Source: Mobula hypostoma
Taxonomy: Eukaryota
NCBI RefSeq assembly: GCF_963921235.1
Contig: NC_086097.1
Span: 372,001-436,000, forward strand
Direction: 5' to 3'
Length of the DNA stretch: 64,000 nucleotides
Position 1 is the stretch's first letter. The number at the start of each line of letters is the position of its first letter. The position numbers and the translations under genes were made by a program. Positions 37,980 through 50,689 of this stretch are shown one piece after another. A model generated the notes under the pieces. It saw only the letters and a program-made list of their open reading frames with translations. It made no database searches and was not told the DNA's origin.

Positions 37980-38563
37980 GTAAGTGGTTGCAAATGTATC
38001 TGCAAAAAATATCTTGTGTCTGTAAAATTTAACATTTCTTGGTTTAGCATTATATTACGTGGGAAGCCCATGTATTTGAATATGAGAAATGCACAAGCTG
38101 GAAATCAGAAATAAAAACAGAAAATGGTGGAAACAGTTGCATCTGGCAACATTGGTGGAAGGAGAAATAGAAAATATTTCAGGCTGAAGACATACAGTAC
38201 TTTAAGAAATAGAGAGAAAATAAGTGAGCTTGAAGTTACTGAGAAGTAGGGGAAGCAAAGGGAATATCTGTGAAAGGGTGAGGCCAGAGTTCCTGTGTGG
38301 TTAAATTGCAGAACTCATCTGGCTGATGAGATCACAGATCAATTAATGAGAGAAAAGGGAACCAAAGCTGTGAGACGAAGACAGTTGGAGATTGAAAACA
38401 CACAAGAAGTTGAAAATGTAGGGCCATGGGACTTGCCCACCAAGTCAGGCTGTACAAATACAGAGATAAGTCAACATCATAGATGGATGACTTACCAGAG
38501 CAATGGCCAGTTCTGGTGATGACAGAGAAAGGGAGTTTTTCAAAATTGGAGACTTCACTATCA

Positions 38564-40990
38564 CTATTTAAGGACGGTGAATGGACACATAGTATTTGTA
38601 CTCCAAGGCCTCTTTGTTCTACTAGTCCAAAGTGCTGTGTCGTTCACTGTGAAAATCCTCCCTAGATTTGACTTTACAAAATGCAACAACCTATCCAGAA
38701 GTTTCTGAAAAGACCCTATCGTTTCCACCTCCACCTCCACCACCACCGCCGCTGGCAGCCCATTCCATGCACTCACCACTCTCTGCATAAAAAAAACACC
38801 CCTGACATCTCTTCTATACCTATTTCCAAGCACCTTAAAATTATCCCCTCTCGTGCCAGCCATTTCAGCCCTGGGAAAAAGTCTCTGACTGCCCACATGA
38901 TCAGTGCCTGTCATTATTTTGTACACCTCTATCAGGTCACCTCTCATCCTCCGTTGCTCCAAGGAGAAAAGGCCAAGTTCACTCAATCTATTCTCATAGG
39001 CATGCTGCCCAATCCAGGCAACATCCTTGTAAATCTCCTCTGCACCCTTTCCATGGTTTCCACATCCTTCCTGTAGTGAGACGACCAGAACTGAGCACAG
39101 TACTCCAAGTGGGGTCTGACCAGGGTCCTATAAAGCTGCAACATTACCTCTCGGCTCTTAAACTCAATCCCACGATTGATGAAGGCCAATGCACCGTATG
39201 CCTTCTTTACTACAGAGCCGACCTGCGTAGCACCTTTGAGGGTCCTATGGACTCAGACCCCAAGATCCCTCTGATCCTCCACACTGCCAAGAGTCTTACC
39301 ATTAATTCTATATTCTGCCATTACTTTGACCTACCAAAATGAACCACCTCACACTTATCTGTGTTGAACTCCATCTGCCGCTTAGCCCAGTTTTGCATCC
39401 TATCAATGTCCTGCTGTAACCTCTGACAGCCCTCCACACTATCCACAACTCCCCCAACCTTTGTGTCATCAGCAAATTTACTAACAAATCCCTCCACTTT
39501 TTCATTCAGGTCATTTATAAAAATCACGAAGAGTAAAGGTCGCAGAACAGACCCCTGAGGCACACCACTGGTCACCAACCTCCATGCAGAATATAACCCT
39601 TCTACAACCACTCTTTGCATTCCGTGGGCAAGCCAGATCTGGATCCACAAAGCAAAGTCCCCTTGGATCCCATGACTCCTTACTTTCACAATATGCCTTG
39701 CATGGGGTAGCTTATCAAACACCTTGCTGAAATCCATATACACTACATCTACAGCTCTACCTTCATCAATGTGTTTAGACACATTCTCAAAAAATTTCAA
39801 TCAGACTCGTAAGGCACGACCTGCCTTTGACATAAGCCATGCTGACTATTCCTAATCATATTATGCCCCTCCAAATGTTCAAAAATCCTGCCTTTCAGGA
39901 TCTTCTCCATCAGCCTACCAACCACTGAAGTAAGACTCACTGGTCTATAATTTCCTGGGCTATCATCTACTCCCTTTCTTGAATAATGGAACAACATCCG
40001 CAACCCTCCAATCCTCCGGAACCTCTCCCGTCCTCATTGATGATGCAAAGATCATCACCAGAGGCTTAGCAATCTCCTCCCTCGCTTCCCACAGTAGCCT
40101 GAGGTACATCCTGTCTGGTCCCGGTGACTTATCCAACTTGATGCTTTCCAAAACCCCGAGCACATCCTTTTCCTTAATATCTACATGCTCAAGCTTTTCA
40201 GTCTGCTGGAAGTCATCCCTACAATCGCCAAGATCCTTTTCTATAGTGAATACTGAAGCAAAGTATTTATTATGTACCTCTGTTATCTCCTCCGGTTCTA
40301 TACACACTTTTCCACTGTCACACTTGATAGGTCCTATTCTCTCACGTCTTATCCTCTTGCTCTTCACATACTTGTTGAATGCCTTAGGGTTTTCCTTAAT
40401 CCTGTTCGCTAAGCCCTTCTCATGACCTCTTCTGGCTCTCCTAATTTCATTCTTAAGCTCCTTCCTGCTAGCCTTATAATCTTCTAGATCGCTATCTTTA
40501 CCTCGTTTTTTTAAACTTTTTGTAAGCTCTTCTTCTTGACTAGATTACCAACAGCCTTTGTACACCACGGTTTCTGTACCCTACCTTCCTTTCCCTATCT
40601 CATTGGAATGTACCTATGCAGAACCCCACTCAAATATTTCTTCTGTGTGTTTCCCTGAGAACATCTGTTTCCAATTTATGCTTTCAAGTTCCTGCCTGAT
40701 AGCCTCAGTTCCCCCTTACTCCAATTAAACGTTTCCCTTACTTGTCTGTTCCTATCCCTCGCCAATGCTATGGTAAAGGAGATAGTGTCGTGACCACTGT
40801 CTCCAAAATGCTCTCCCACTGAGAGATCTGACACCTGACCAGGTTCATTTCCCAATACCAGATCAAGTACAGTCTCTCCTCTTGTAGGCTTATCCACATA
40901 TTGTGTCAAGAAACCTTCCTGAACACACCTAACAAACTCCACCCCATCTAAACCCCTCATTCAAGGGAGATGCCAGTCGATATTTGGGAA
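38564..40990 (-). mobile_element. CR1 ORF2 fragments
   Basis: ORFs 38564-38986, 39321-39800 (GVPQGSVL, KFADDTK), 39963-40367 and 40676-40960. Confidence 0.88.
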
Positions 40991-41084
40991 ATAAATGAAC
41001 TCCAAACCACAAGCCACAGGCTCCAACAATTCCAGAATCATATCCAAGAAAAAAAACAAACATAAAGGACATAAAAGAAGTGAA

Positions 41085-41703
41085 ATCCCTAGGTGTCAAC
41101 ATCTTGGAGGATCGATGCTGGACTCAACATCTTGATACAATTACAAAGAAGGCACAACAGTAGCTATATTTCATTAGGAGCTTGAGGAGAATTGGTATGA
41201 CATCAAAGACGTTTGCAAATTTCTACAGATGTACTGTGCAGAACATTCTAACTGGTTGCATCACTAGTATGGAGAGGTGACTGTTCAGGACTGGAAAAAG
41301 CTGCGCAAAGTTGTTAACTCAGCCACCTCCATCATGGGCACTAGCCTCCCCTGCATCCAGGACACCTTCTTGAGGTGATGCCTCAAAAAATGCAGTATCC
41401 ATCATTAAGGACCCCATCACCCAGGACATGCCCTCGTCTCATTGCTACCATCAGGGAGGAAATACAGCACACTCAACATTTCAGGAGCAGCTTCTTCCCC
41501 TCTGCCATCTGGTTTCTGAATGGTCAATTAACCCATGAACACCATCTCAGTAATTTTTCCTTGCTCTCTTTGTGCTACTTATTTAACTTATTTTTTATAC
41601 ATATATTTATTTTAATCTATGGTTTATTTATTACAATGTACAGCTGCCACAAAACAACACATGTCACAACACATACTGGTGATATTAAACCTGATTCTGA
41701 TTC
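41085..41703 (+). mobile_element. Old Rex1/Babar-like 3' fragment
   Basis: FRSSFFPSAIWFLN in ORF 41375-41809. Ends in attaaacctgattctgattct. Confidence 0.75.
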
Positions 41704-41958
41704 TAAATTGCTGGAGGAACTCAGCAGACCAAACATCATCTATGGAGGTAAAAGGATGGTTAACATTTCATATCAAGAGCCTGTTCCAGCCTGTCTTGTA
41801 TTAGTGTAATTCCTTTCAGTTCTCAGGATAGACAAAAACACTTAATGGCTTTTTTTGTCTGTCCTCAGAAAAAAGGAATTATGTAAGTACAAGTGTTTTA
41901 TTCAGATGTGCATGTTCCAAAAATCTGGATATATGTAACTTTAATATAATCATTTCAG

Positions 41959-42035
41959 TGCCGAATATCAGCCTGGAGGTGTTGAAACCATCATTCTCTG
42001 AGATACTACTGGAATCTCATGTCGTCATGATACGG
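41959..42035 (+). CDS. POMT2: POMT2 internal exon, 77 bp
   Basis: catttcag|TG...ATACGG|gtcagt. Encodes (L)PNISLEVLKPSFSEILLESHVVMIR. Confidence 0.97.
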
Positions 42036-42939
42036 GTCAGTAGTTTTTTTTCTTTACATTATATCCTGACTGAACTTATTTCAGCACATTATGTAGTCCA
42101 CTGAATAATTGTTAATGCTGGACTGCAAGGCACCCAGTCTCCGATTTACTCTTACAGCTAACTACCACATCTATGAGCTTACTAACCCATCCATCCACAT
42201 TGTCAGCTGTGAACTTTTAAACCCAGCCACCCGCATTGTTACTCAATGGAGCATATATGGACATGAAAGTATAAAGGGCAGTGAACTCAGGGAGGAAAAT
42301 GTTTACTGTCCGGACCATGTAGACATAAAAAGGGGGAGATGTTTATGTCTTTGAACACATAATGATGAAGGTGGACTGGATGTGATGGAAATGGAATTTG
42401 GTAAAGCATTTGACAAGGTTCCCCATGGCAGGCTCATTTTGGATACTTGGCTGTGTGGATTTGGAATTGGTTTGCCTGCCAGTAGTAGCAGATGGAACAT
42501 TTTCTAACTGGAGGTCAGTGTCTAGTGTGTTCCACAGGAATCGTTTTGGGACCCCTGCTCTTTGTGATTTCTATACTTGACTTGGATGAGGAAGTGAAAA
42601 GGTGGAACAGTAAGTTTGAAGATGATGCAAAGGTTGGTGGTGCTGTGGAAAGTGTAGAAGGGTAAAAATCACAAAGAGCAGGGGTCCTAGGACAGATCCT
42701 TGTGGCACTCCACCAGTCACCGACCTCCAGGCAGAATACTTTCCTTCCACTACTACCCTCTGCTTTCTTCCTGCAATCCAATTTTTTATCCAAATAGCCA
42801 AGGTTCCACTGATCCCATGCCTCATGACTTTCTGGATGAGTCTCTCCTGGGGGACCTTGTCAAATGCCTTGCTAAAATCCATGTAGATCACATCAACTGC
42901 CCTACCCTCATCAATTTCTTTTGTTACCTCTTCAAAAAA

Positions 42940-43479
42940 GAGGAGGAGAAGATGGCGGCGCGACACAGCTTGCGCGGTCACTATGTGATCCAGAATCTTC
43001 GGAGGGGAAGGCCCAGAATCCTTGGCTTTGCTTGTTGCTCGGCGGCCGGGCCGGGGTCAAAGCACTCGGCAGAGATGGTGCTCGGTATTGAAGGGCTGGT
43101 CAGAGGCTTGAAGTTTTCGGACGGACCCAGAGTCGGCTGTGATCGGGTGCTTTCAATGCATCGACATTTGTCAGTGCCTGGAGGTTTATGGCGGAGAGCG
43201 TTTCTCCCTTCTGCCGCCTGCTATCGGGGACTATCGGGAGTCGATCGGAACTTTGAGACTTTTTTTTAACCGTTCCCATGGTCTGTTCTTTTTCAAATTA
43301 TGGTATTGCTTTGCACTGCTGTCACTATATGTTATAATTATGTGGTCTTGTCAGTGTTAGTCTTTGGCTTGTCCTTTTTTTTTGTGATATCACTCTGGAG
43401 GAACATTGTATCAATTCTTCATGCATGCATTTCTAAATGACAATAAACGAGGCCTGAGTGTCCTCGTAATCTAAAATCT
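42940..43479 (+). mobile_element. Non-coding non-autonomous retroelement (SINE-like)
   Basis: Splits the host ttcaaaaaa|aactcaatt. Starts GAGGAGGAGAAGATGGCGGCG and ends with AATAAA, a hairpin acgagg/cctcgt and an aatcta repeat. Confidence 0.8.
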
Positions 43480-44196
43480 AAACTCAATTAGGCTCTTGAG
43501 GCACGACCTTCCCTTCACAAAGCCATGTTAACTATCCTTGAGTAGATCTCCAAATGCTCGTGGATCCTATCCTTAAGAATCCTTTCCAATAGTTTACAGA
43601 CCACCAACGTAAGACTCACCGGTCTATAGTTTCCAGGATTCTCCCTATTACCTTTTTTAAACAAGGGAACTACATTTGCCATTCTCCAATCCTCTGGCAC
43701 CTCCCCTGCAGTCAAAGAGGATTCAAAGATCACAGCTACTGCTCCAGCAATCTCTTCTCTCACTTCCAACAACAACCTAGGGTATATCACGGCCGGCCCT
43801 GGGGACTTATCAATCTTGATGTTTTTAAGAAGATCCAACACTACTTCTTCCTTAATCTCCACATTGTCCAGCACACAGGCCTGTTCTATTTCGACTTCAC
43901 CCTGATCAAGGTCCTTTTCACTTGTGAATACTGAAGCAAAGTGTTCATTTAGGACCTCCCCAACCTCCTCCGCGTCCAGGCTCATGTTGCCTTTTTTATC
44001 CTTTTGCGGCCCCACCTTCATTCTTGTCATCCTTCTGTTCTTCACATTAGCATAGAACGCCTTTGGGTTCTCCTTAATCCTACATGCCAAAGCCTTCTCG
44101 TGCCCCCTTCGAGCTCTCCTTTCTTAAGCTCCTTCCTGGTTACCCTATATTTCTCATGAGCCCCTCCTGCTTCCTGCTTCTTATATCTAACATATG

Positions 44197-44772
44197 AGAC
44201 CACACCTGGAGTATTGTGTGTGCAGTTTTGGTCCCCTAATCTGAGGAAAGACATCTTTGCCATAGAGGGAGTACAAAGAAGGTTCACCAGATTGATTCCT
44301 GGGATGGCAGGACTTTCATATGAAGAAAGACTGGATGAACTGGGCTTGTACTCGTTGGAATTTAGAAGATTGAGGGGGGATCTGATTGAAACGTATTAAG
44401 ATCCTAAAGGGATTGGACAGGCTAGATGCAGGAAGATTGTTCCCGATGTTGGGGAAGTCCAGGACGAGGGGTCACAGTTTGAGGATAGAAGGGAAGCCTT
44501 TTAGGACCGAGATTGGGAAAAACTTCTTCACACAGAGAGTGGTGAATCTGTGGAATTCTCTGCCACCGCAAACTGTTGAGGCCAGTTCATTGGCTATGTT
44601 TAAGAGGGAGTTAGATATGGCCCTTGTGGCTACAGGGGTCAGGGGGTATGGAGGGAAGGCTGGGGCGGGGTTCTGAGTTGGATGATCAGCCATGATCATA
44701 ATAAATGGCGGTGCAGGCTCAAAGGGCCGAATGGCCTACTCCTGCACCTATTTTCTATGTTTCTATGTTTCT
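44197..44772 (+). mobile_element. Young CR1 3' fragment
   Basis: ORFs 44214-44676, (tttctatg)n tail, TSD atatg at 44192-44196 and 44773-44777. Confidence 0.9.
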
Positions 44773-45027
44773 ATATGCTTTCTCCTTCCTCTTGACAAGT
44801 TGCCTCACGTATTTCCTCAGCCACGGTTCCCTTTTCCTACCATTTTTTCCTTGTCTCAGTGGACCAACCTATCCTGAACCCAGTACAAGTGGTCCCTAAA
44901 CTTCCTCCACATTACTTCTGTGCTTTCACCCTTGAACATCTGTTTCCAATTTACTCTCGCTAGTTCCTGCCTCATCCCTTCATAGTTAGCCCTTCCCCAG
45001 TTAAGCACTTTCCCATTTTGTCTGTTT

Positions 45028-48000
45028 ATACTTTATAGTCGCCAAACAATTGATACTAGAACGTACAATCATCGCAGCGATATTTGATTCTGCGCTTCCC
45101 GCTCCCTGGATTACAAATATTAAATATTAAAAATAGTAAAAATTAGTAAATATTAAAAAGTTAAATTATAAATCATAAATAGAAAATAGAAAAATGGAAA
45201 GTAAGGTAGTGCAAAAAAACCGAGATGCAGGTCTGGATATTTGGATGGTACGGCCCAGATCCAGGTCAGGATCCGTTCAGCAGTCTTATCACAGTCAGAA
45301 AGAAGCTGTTCCCAAATCTGGCTGTACAAATCTTCAAGCTCCTGAGCCTTCTCCCGGAGGGAAGAGGTACGAAAAGTGTGTTGGCTGGGTGGGTCGTGTC
45401 CTTGATTATCCTGGCAGCACTGCTCCGACAGTGTGCGATGTAAAGTGAGTCCAAGGATGGAAGATTGGTTTGTGTGATGTGCTGTACTGTGTTCACGATC
45501 TTCTGCAGCTTCTTTCGGTCTTGGACAGGACAACTTCCATACCAGGTTGTGATGCACCCTAGAAGAATGCTTTCTACGGTGCATCTATAAAAATTAGTGA
45601 GGGTTTTAGGGGACAGGCCAAATTTCTTTTGTTTTCTCAGGAAGTAAAGGCGCTGGTGGGCCTTCTTGGCAGTGAACTGTGCTTGGTTGGACCAAGTCAG
45701 ATCATTTGTGATATTGACCCTGAGGAACTTAAAGCTTTTGACCTGTTCCACTTGCGCGCCGCCAATGTAAATTGGGTCGTGCGGTCCGCTATTCCTTCTG
45801 AAGTCGGCAACCAATTCCTTCGTCTTACTGACATTGAGGGATAGGTTGTTGTCTTCGCACCGTGCCACCAGGTTCTTAATTTCCTCTCTGTACTCAAACT
45901 CATCATTACCCGAGATATGGCCTACAATAGTTGTGTCATCAGCAAACTTATATATTGAGTTTGATGGAAACTTGGCTACACAATCATGGGTGTACAGTGA
46001 GTACAGCAGGGGGCTGAGTACACAGCCTTGTGGGGCACTGGTGCTCAGAGTGATTGTAGAGGAGAGCTTGTCCCCTACTTTTACAGCCTGGGTCTTGTCT
46101 GTGAGGAAGTTGAGGATCCAGCTGCAGATCTGAGTGCTAAGGCCCTGGTTCCGGAGCTTAGGAATCAGTTTATTTGGAATGATGGTATTAAAGGCAGAGC
46201 TGTAGTCAATGAAAAGGAGCCTTACTTATGCGTCTTTATTCTCCAGGTGTTCTAAGGAAGAATGTAGGGCCAGGGAGATGGCATCTGCCGTTGACCTGTT
46301 GCTCCGGTAGGCGAATTGCAAAGCGTCGAGGTTGACTAGTAGGCTGTGGTTGATGTGTGCCATAATCAATCTCTCGAAGCACTTCATAGCAATTGATGTC
46401 AGAGCCACAGGTTAGTCATTCAGGCATGCCACCTTGCTCTTCTTCAGCACTGGGATTATCGTTGCCTTCTTAAAACACAAGGGGATTTTAGACTGAAGCA
46501 AGGAACAGTTGAAGATGTCAGCAAACACCCCAGCTAGCTCGCTTGCACAGGCCCAGAGAACCCATCCTGGGACGCCATCTGGGCCCGTTGCCTTCCTTGG
46601 ATTTATCTTTAGGAAGGCCCTTCTAATGTCCTCCTCGGTGACGATGAATCTCGATGCCACCAGGTTCAGTTCACCCAGAGGGAGCGGGACGCTCCTCTTC
46701 TGTTCGAATCTTGGGTAGAATATATTAAGTTCGTCAGGAAGAGAAGTGCCACAGTTATTGATATTCCCAGCCTTTTCTTTGCGCCCACTGATCTCATTTA
46801 GACACTGCCATAGTCTACTGGCATCCCTCTGGTTAGCCTGGGCTTCCAACTTGGCTCGATATTGCCTCTTGGCACCCTTAATGGCTTTCCGGAGTTCACG
46901 CCTGGATTCCGTGCAGCGACTGGTATCCCCGGACCTAAAAGCCGCAGCTCTAGCCTTTAAAAGGGACTTGACCTCATAATTCATCCAAGGTTTCCCGTTA
47001 GGGAATACCAGATCGTCTTGTGACACACACAGTCCTCCGTGCATTTCCAAATAAAGTCCATGACAGCTGAGGCATACTCATCGAGGTTAGTTGCCGAGTC
47101 CTTGAATACTAACCAGTCCACCGATTCAAAGCAGTCACGGAGGACCTCATCCATTTCCTCCGTCCAACGCGACACTACTTTTGACACCGTGACCTCCCGC
47201 TTCAGTTTCTGTTTGTAAGCCGGGAGAAGGAGTACGGCCTGATGGTCCGATTTTCCGAAGTGAGGTCATGGGACGGAACGGTAGGCATCCTTGACTGCTG
47301 TGTAGCAGTGGTCAAGTATATTCGGGCCTCTAGTGGGGCAGGAGACATGTTGGTATAACTTTGACAGCGCCTTTCTGAGGCTGGCGTGATTAAAGTCCCC
47401 GGCTGTAATGAGCAAGGCCTCCGGATACCTGGTCTCAAGTTCACTGATGTTGGCATACAGTGTGTTAAGAGCACACTCCATGTCCGCCTGGAGGGGAATG
47501 TAGACCACTGTCAGTATGACCGAGGTGAATTCCCGTGGCAGATGGTAGGGACGACACTTCACTGACAGGTGTTCCAGGTCCGGGCTGCAGGAGCTTGTCA
47601 GTGCCACTGTGTCTGAGCACCACTCAGTGTTGATCAGTAGGCAGACACCACCTCCCCTTGTCTTGCCCAAAGACGCCGTGCGGTGAATGGCACAGTCGGG
47701 GGTGGTGGGGAGAGCCAGGTCTCGGTGAAACAAAATACACAGCAGTTCTGCATCTCCCTGCAGTAGATGAGTCTCCCTTTAAGATCATCCACCTTGTTCT
47801 CTATGGCTTGCACATTAGCTAGTAGAATGGTGGGCATAGAGATCCTGAAGCCCTTCAGCTTCAATCTGACCAGCAGCCCAGCTCTTTTCCCACGCTTCCT
47901 CGGTAAGTAGTGCATCTTTCCAGGTTTCCATTGATGCAGTGTGTTGTCGGCAGCGCTTTGATGTTGGTGGACGCAGTCTGCGGGGATCGATTGGCGGGTC

Positions 48001-48641
48001 GCATCGTCGGACGCTCCAGGTAGGGTTGAGTAACGGGGGAGACTCCGCTGCCACTTCCAGCTGCCGGGGGCCCAGGCTGTCGATTGGGTCGGGCCCCAAA
48101 GCTGACACTTAATCCCAGATGTCCGGGCTCCTGGCTGAAACAAGTCCGTAAGCCGAGTCACGGTTGCGGAGGCCTCCGCTCCAGCCGAGCCTCGGGCTTG
48201 ATTTCCAAGGACGGCCGTGGAGGCCTCACTTCCGGCAGCTGTGGTTGGCCACCAACGGGGCTTTACGGTGGTCGCTCTGGGGAAGCGTCTGGGGCACCTT
48301 GAGGTCTCCGTCATCACTTCTGTGTGGTCGTCTGCTCCGGAGAGGTGCTGGTCGGAATGGGCTGTGTCTCCAAGTGCTTTGACGGTAGCAGACCGCAGGT
48401 CTCCGGGAACGTGGTGGGCCTCGCTGGTTGGGTCCAGGTGCGGTCCGGAGTTTAAGAAGCAATTCTGGTGCGGTGGTCTCCAGCTGGGTCAGTAGCTTCG
48501 CCAGGGTGTTATTGATCTTGATCTTGCTAGATTGGAAGTTTAGAAGGGTTTCTCGGGTATAGGATAGTGGAGAGGGCAGTTTGCTCGGGAGAGCATGTGC
48601 AGAGTCACCAGTTACCAGCGCTACCTTGGGGTGATGCAAGA
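45028..48641 (-). mobile_element. Apparently full-length Rex1/Babar-like LINE, frameshifted
   Basis: 9-bp TSD tgtctgttt at 45019-45027 and 48642-48650. N-terminal YTRETLL and RKRGKRAG...ILLANVQAIENK, EN (TETWL, AGDFNH, LDHCY) and RT (GPDGV, QFAYR, KFADD, FKFL). Confidence 0.93.
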
Positions 48642-49730
48642 TGTCTGTTTTTATCCTTTTCCATAGCTATGCTGAAGCTAAGGGAGTTGTGGTCACTCTC
48701 ACCAAAATGCTCCCCCACCAAGAGCTCTGCCACCTGACCAGGTTCATTACTCAAAACTAGATCCAGTATGGCCTCTCCTCTCATCGGCCGGTCCACATAC
48801 TGTGTCAGGAATCCTTCTTGAACACTCCTGACAAATTCAGCCCCATCTATCCCCCTTGCAGTCAGGAGGTGCCAGTCAATATGAAATCACCCATAACTCC
48901 AACCCTGTATTTCCTGCACCATCCTAAAATCTGCCTGCTTATCTGCTCCTCGGTGTTCCGAGGGCTATTTGGGACCTATGGACTATTCCCAACACAGTGA
49001 TTGATCCCTTCCTATTTCTGACTTCCACCCACACTGACTCAGTGGATACTCCCTCTGCAGCATCCTCCCTTTCTATAGCTGTGATACTATCCCTGACCAG
49101 TAATGCTACTCCCCCCATCTTTTCTACCTCCCATCCTATTCCTTTTAAAACACCTAAACCCCGGTACCTGCATCAGCCAATCCTGCCCTTCCTCCAGCCA
49201 AGTTTCAGTAATGGCCACAACGTTGTAGTTCCACTTTCTGATCCATGCTGTAAGTTCATCCCCTTTATTCCTAATACTTCTGGTGCTGAAATAGACACAT
49301 TTCAACCCCTCTAACTGGCTACATTTATTGATCCCGAGGGAAATTGGTTTTTGTTACAGTTACACCAACCAAGAATAGAGTATAAATATATGTTTATATA
49401 TATGTATATATATTTATGTTTGTCCCCCGTCTGTCCTTCCTCACCAACTCAGAACACATAGCTTCATGCCTTTGTCCTTCTACCCTAATCTCTGCACTCA
49501 TATCCTGATTCCCACCCTCCTGCCAAACTAGTTTAAACCCTCCCCAACAGCTCTAGCAAACCTGCCTGCCAGGATATCGGTCCCTTTCCAGTTCAGGTGC
49601 AGCCCATCCTTTTTGTACAGGTCAGATCTTCCCCAGAAGAGATCCCAATGATCCAGAAATCTGAACCCCTGCCCCGTGCACCAACTCTTCAGCCACACAT
49701 TCATCTGCCATAACTTCCTGTTCCTACCCT

Positions 49731-50377
49731 CAACACAAAATAATCTGCAGATGCTGTGATCAAAGCAACACTCCAACAAGTTGGAGAATTCTATGTTCAT
49801 ACCAAGGGGCTGGAGACTACCTAGACGGTAGGTGTTGCTCCTCCAACCTGAGTTTAGCCTCATCATCGCAGTAGAGAAGGCCACGTATGGACATATCTGA
49901 ATGGGAGTGGGAAGCAGAGTTGAAGTGGGTGGCTGCTGGGGGATCCTGTCTGTTTTGGCGGACAGAGCGGAGGTGCTCAACGAAGCAGTCCCCCAATCTG
50001 CATCTGGTTTCACCGACGTAGAGGAGGCCGCACCGGGAGCACCGGATGCAACAGATGACCCCAACAGACTCACAAGTGAAGTGTTGTCTCACCTGGAAGG
50101 ACTGTTTGGGGCCCAAGAGATGAGGTGTGGGGACAGGTGTAGCACTTACGCTTACAGGGATAAGTGCCAGGTGGGAGATCAGTGGGGATGGACGTGCGGA
50201 TAAGGGAGTCGCGGAGGGACCGATCCCTGCGGAAAGCGGAGAGGGGTGGAGAGGGAAAGATGTGCTTAGTGGTGGGGTCCTTTTGAAGGTGGCAGAAGTT
50301 GTGGAGGATAATGTGCTGGATCCGGAGGCTAGTGGGGTGGTAGGTAAGGACAAGGGGAACTCTGTCCCTGTTGTGGT
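49731..50377 (-). mobile_element. Penelope-like fragment of a second subfamily, internally deleted
   Basis: GIY-YIG in ORF 49817-50353 (CIRCSRCGLLYVGET). The terminus aatctgcagatgctg joins the ORF end directly, so the ribozyme region is missing. Confidence 0.85.
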
Positions 50378-50689
50378 TTGATTTGACAGTGTTGCGTTTT
50401 ATACAAAAGATGAGGAGAAATTTCTTTAGCTGGAGAGTGGTGAATCTATGGAATTGGTTGGCACAGGCAGCTATGTAGGCGAAGTTTTAAGGCAGAGGTT
50501 GGTAGATTCTTGTTTGTTCAGGGCATGACGGGATATGGGGGGGTGGGGCGGGAAGGCAGGACATTGGGGCTGAGAGGAAAAATGTATCAGCCATGATGAA
50601 ATGGCAGAGCAGACTCAATGGGCCAAATGGCCTCATTCTGCTCCTATATCTTTCTGGTCTTATGGAAAGGATGTTCAATGGGTAAGAAT

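Larger units (their letters stand above)
42663..49730 (-). mobile_element. CR1 (ORF1 end, EN, RT) carrying at least four younger insertions
   Basis: ORFs 42571-42981, 43515-44090, 48605-48796, 49087-49305 and the esterase part of 49528-50073. Confidence 0.88.

Noticed and set aside
49528..50073. 181-aa chimeric ORF
   Set aside because: It runs from a Penelope fragment into a CR1 esterase across an insertion junction.
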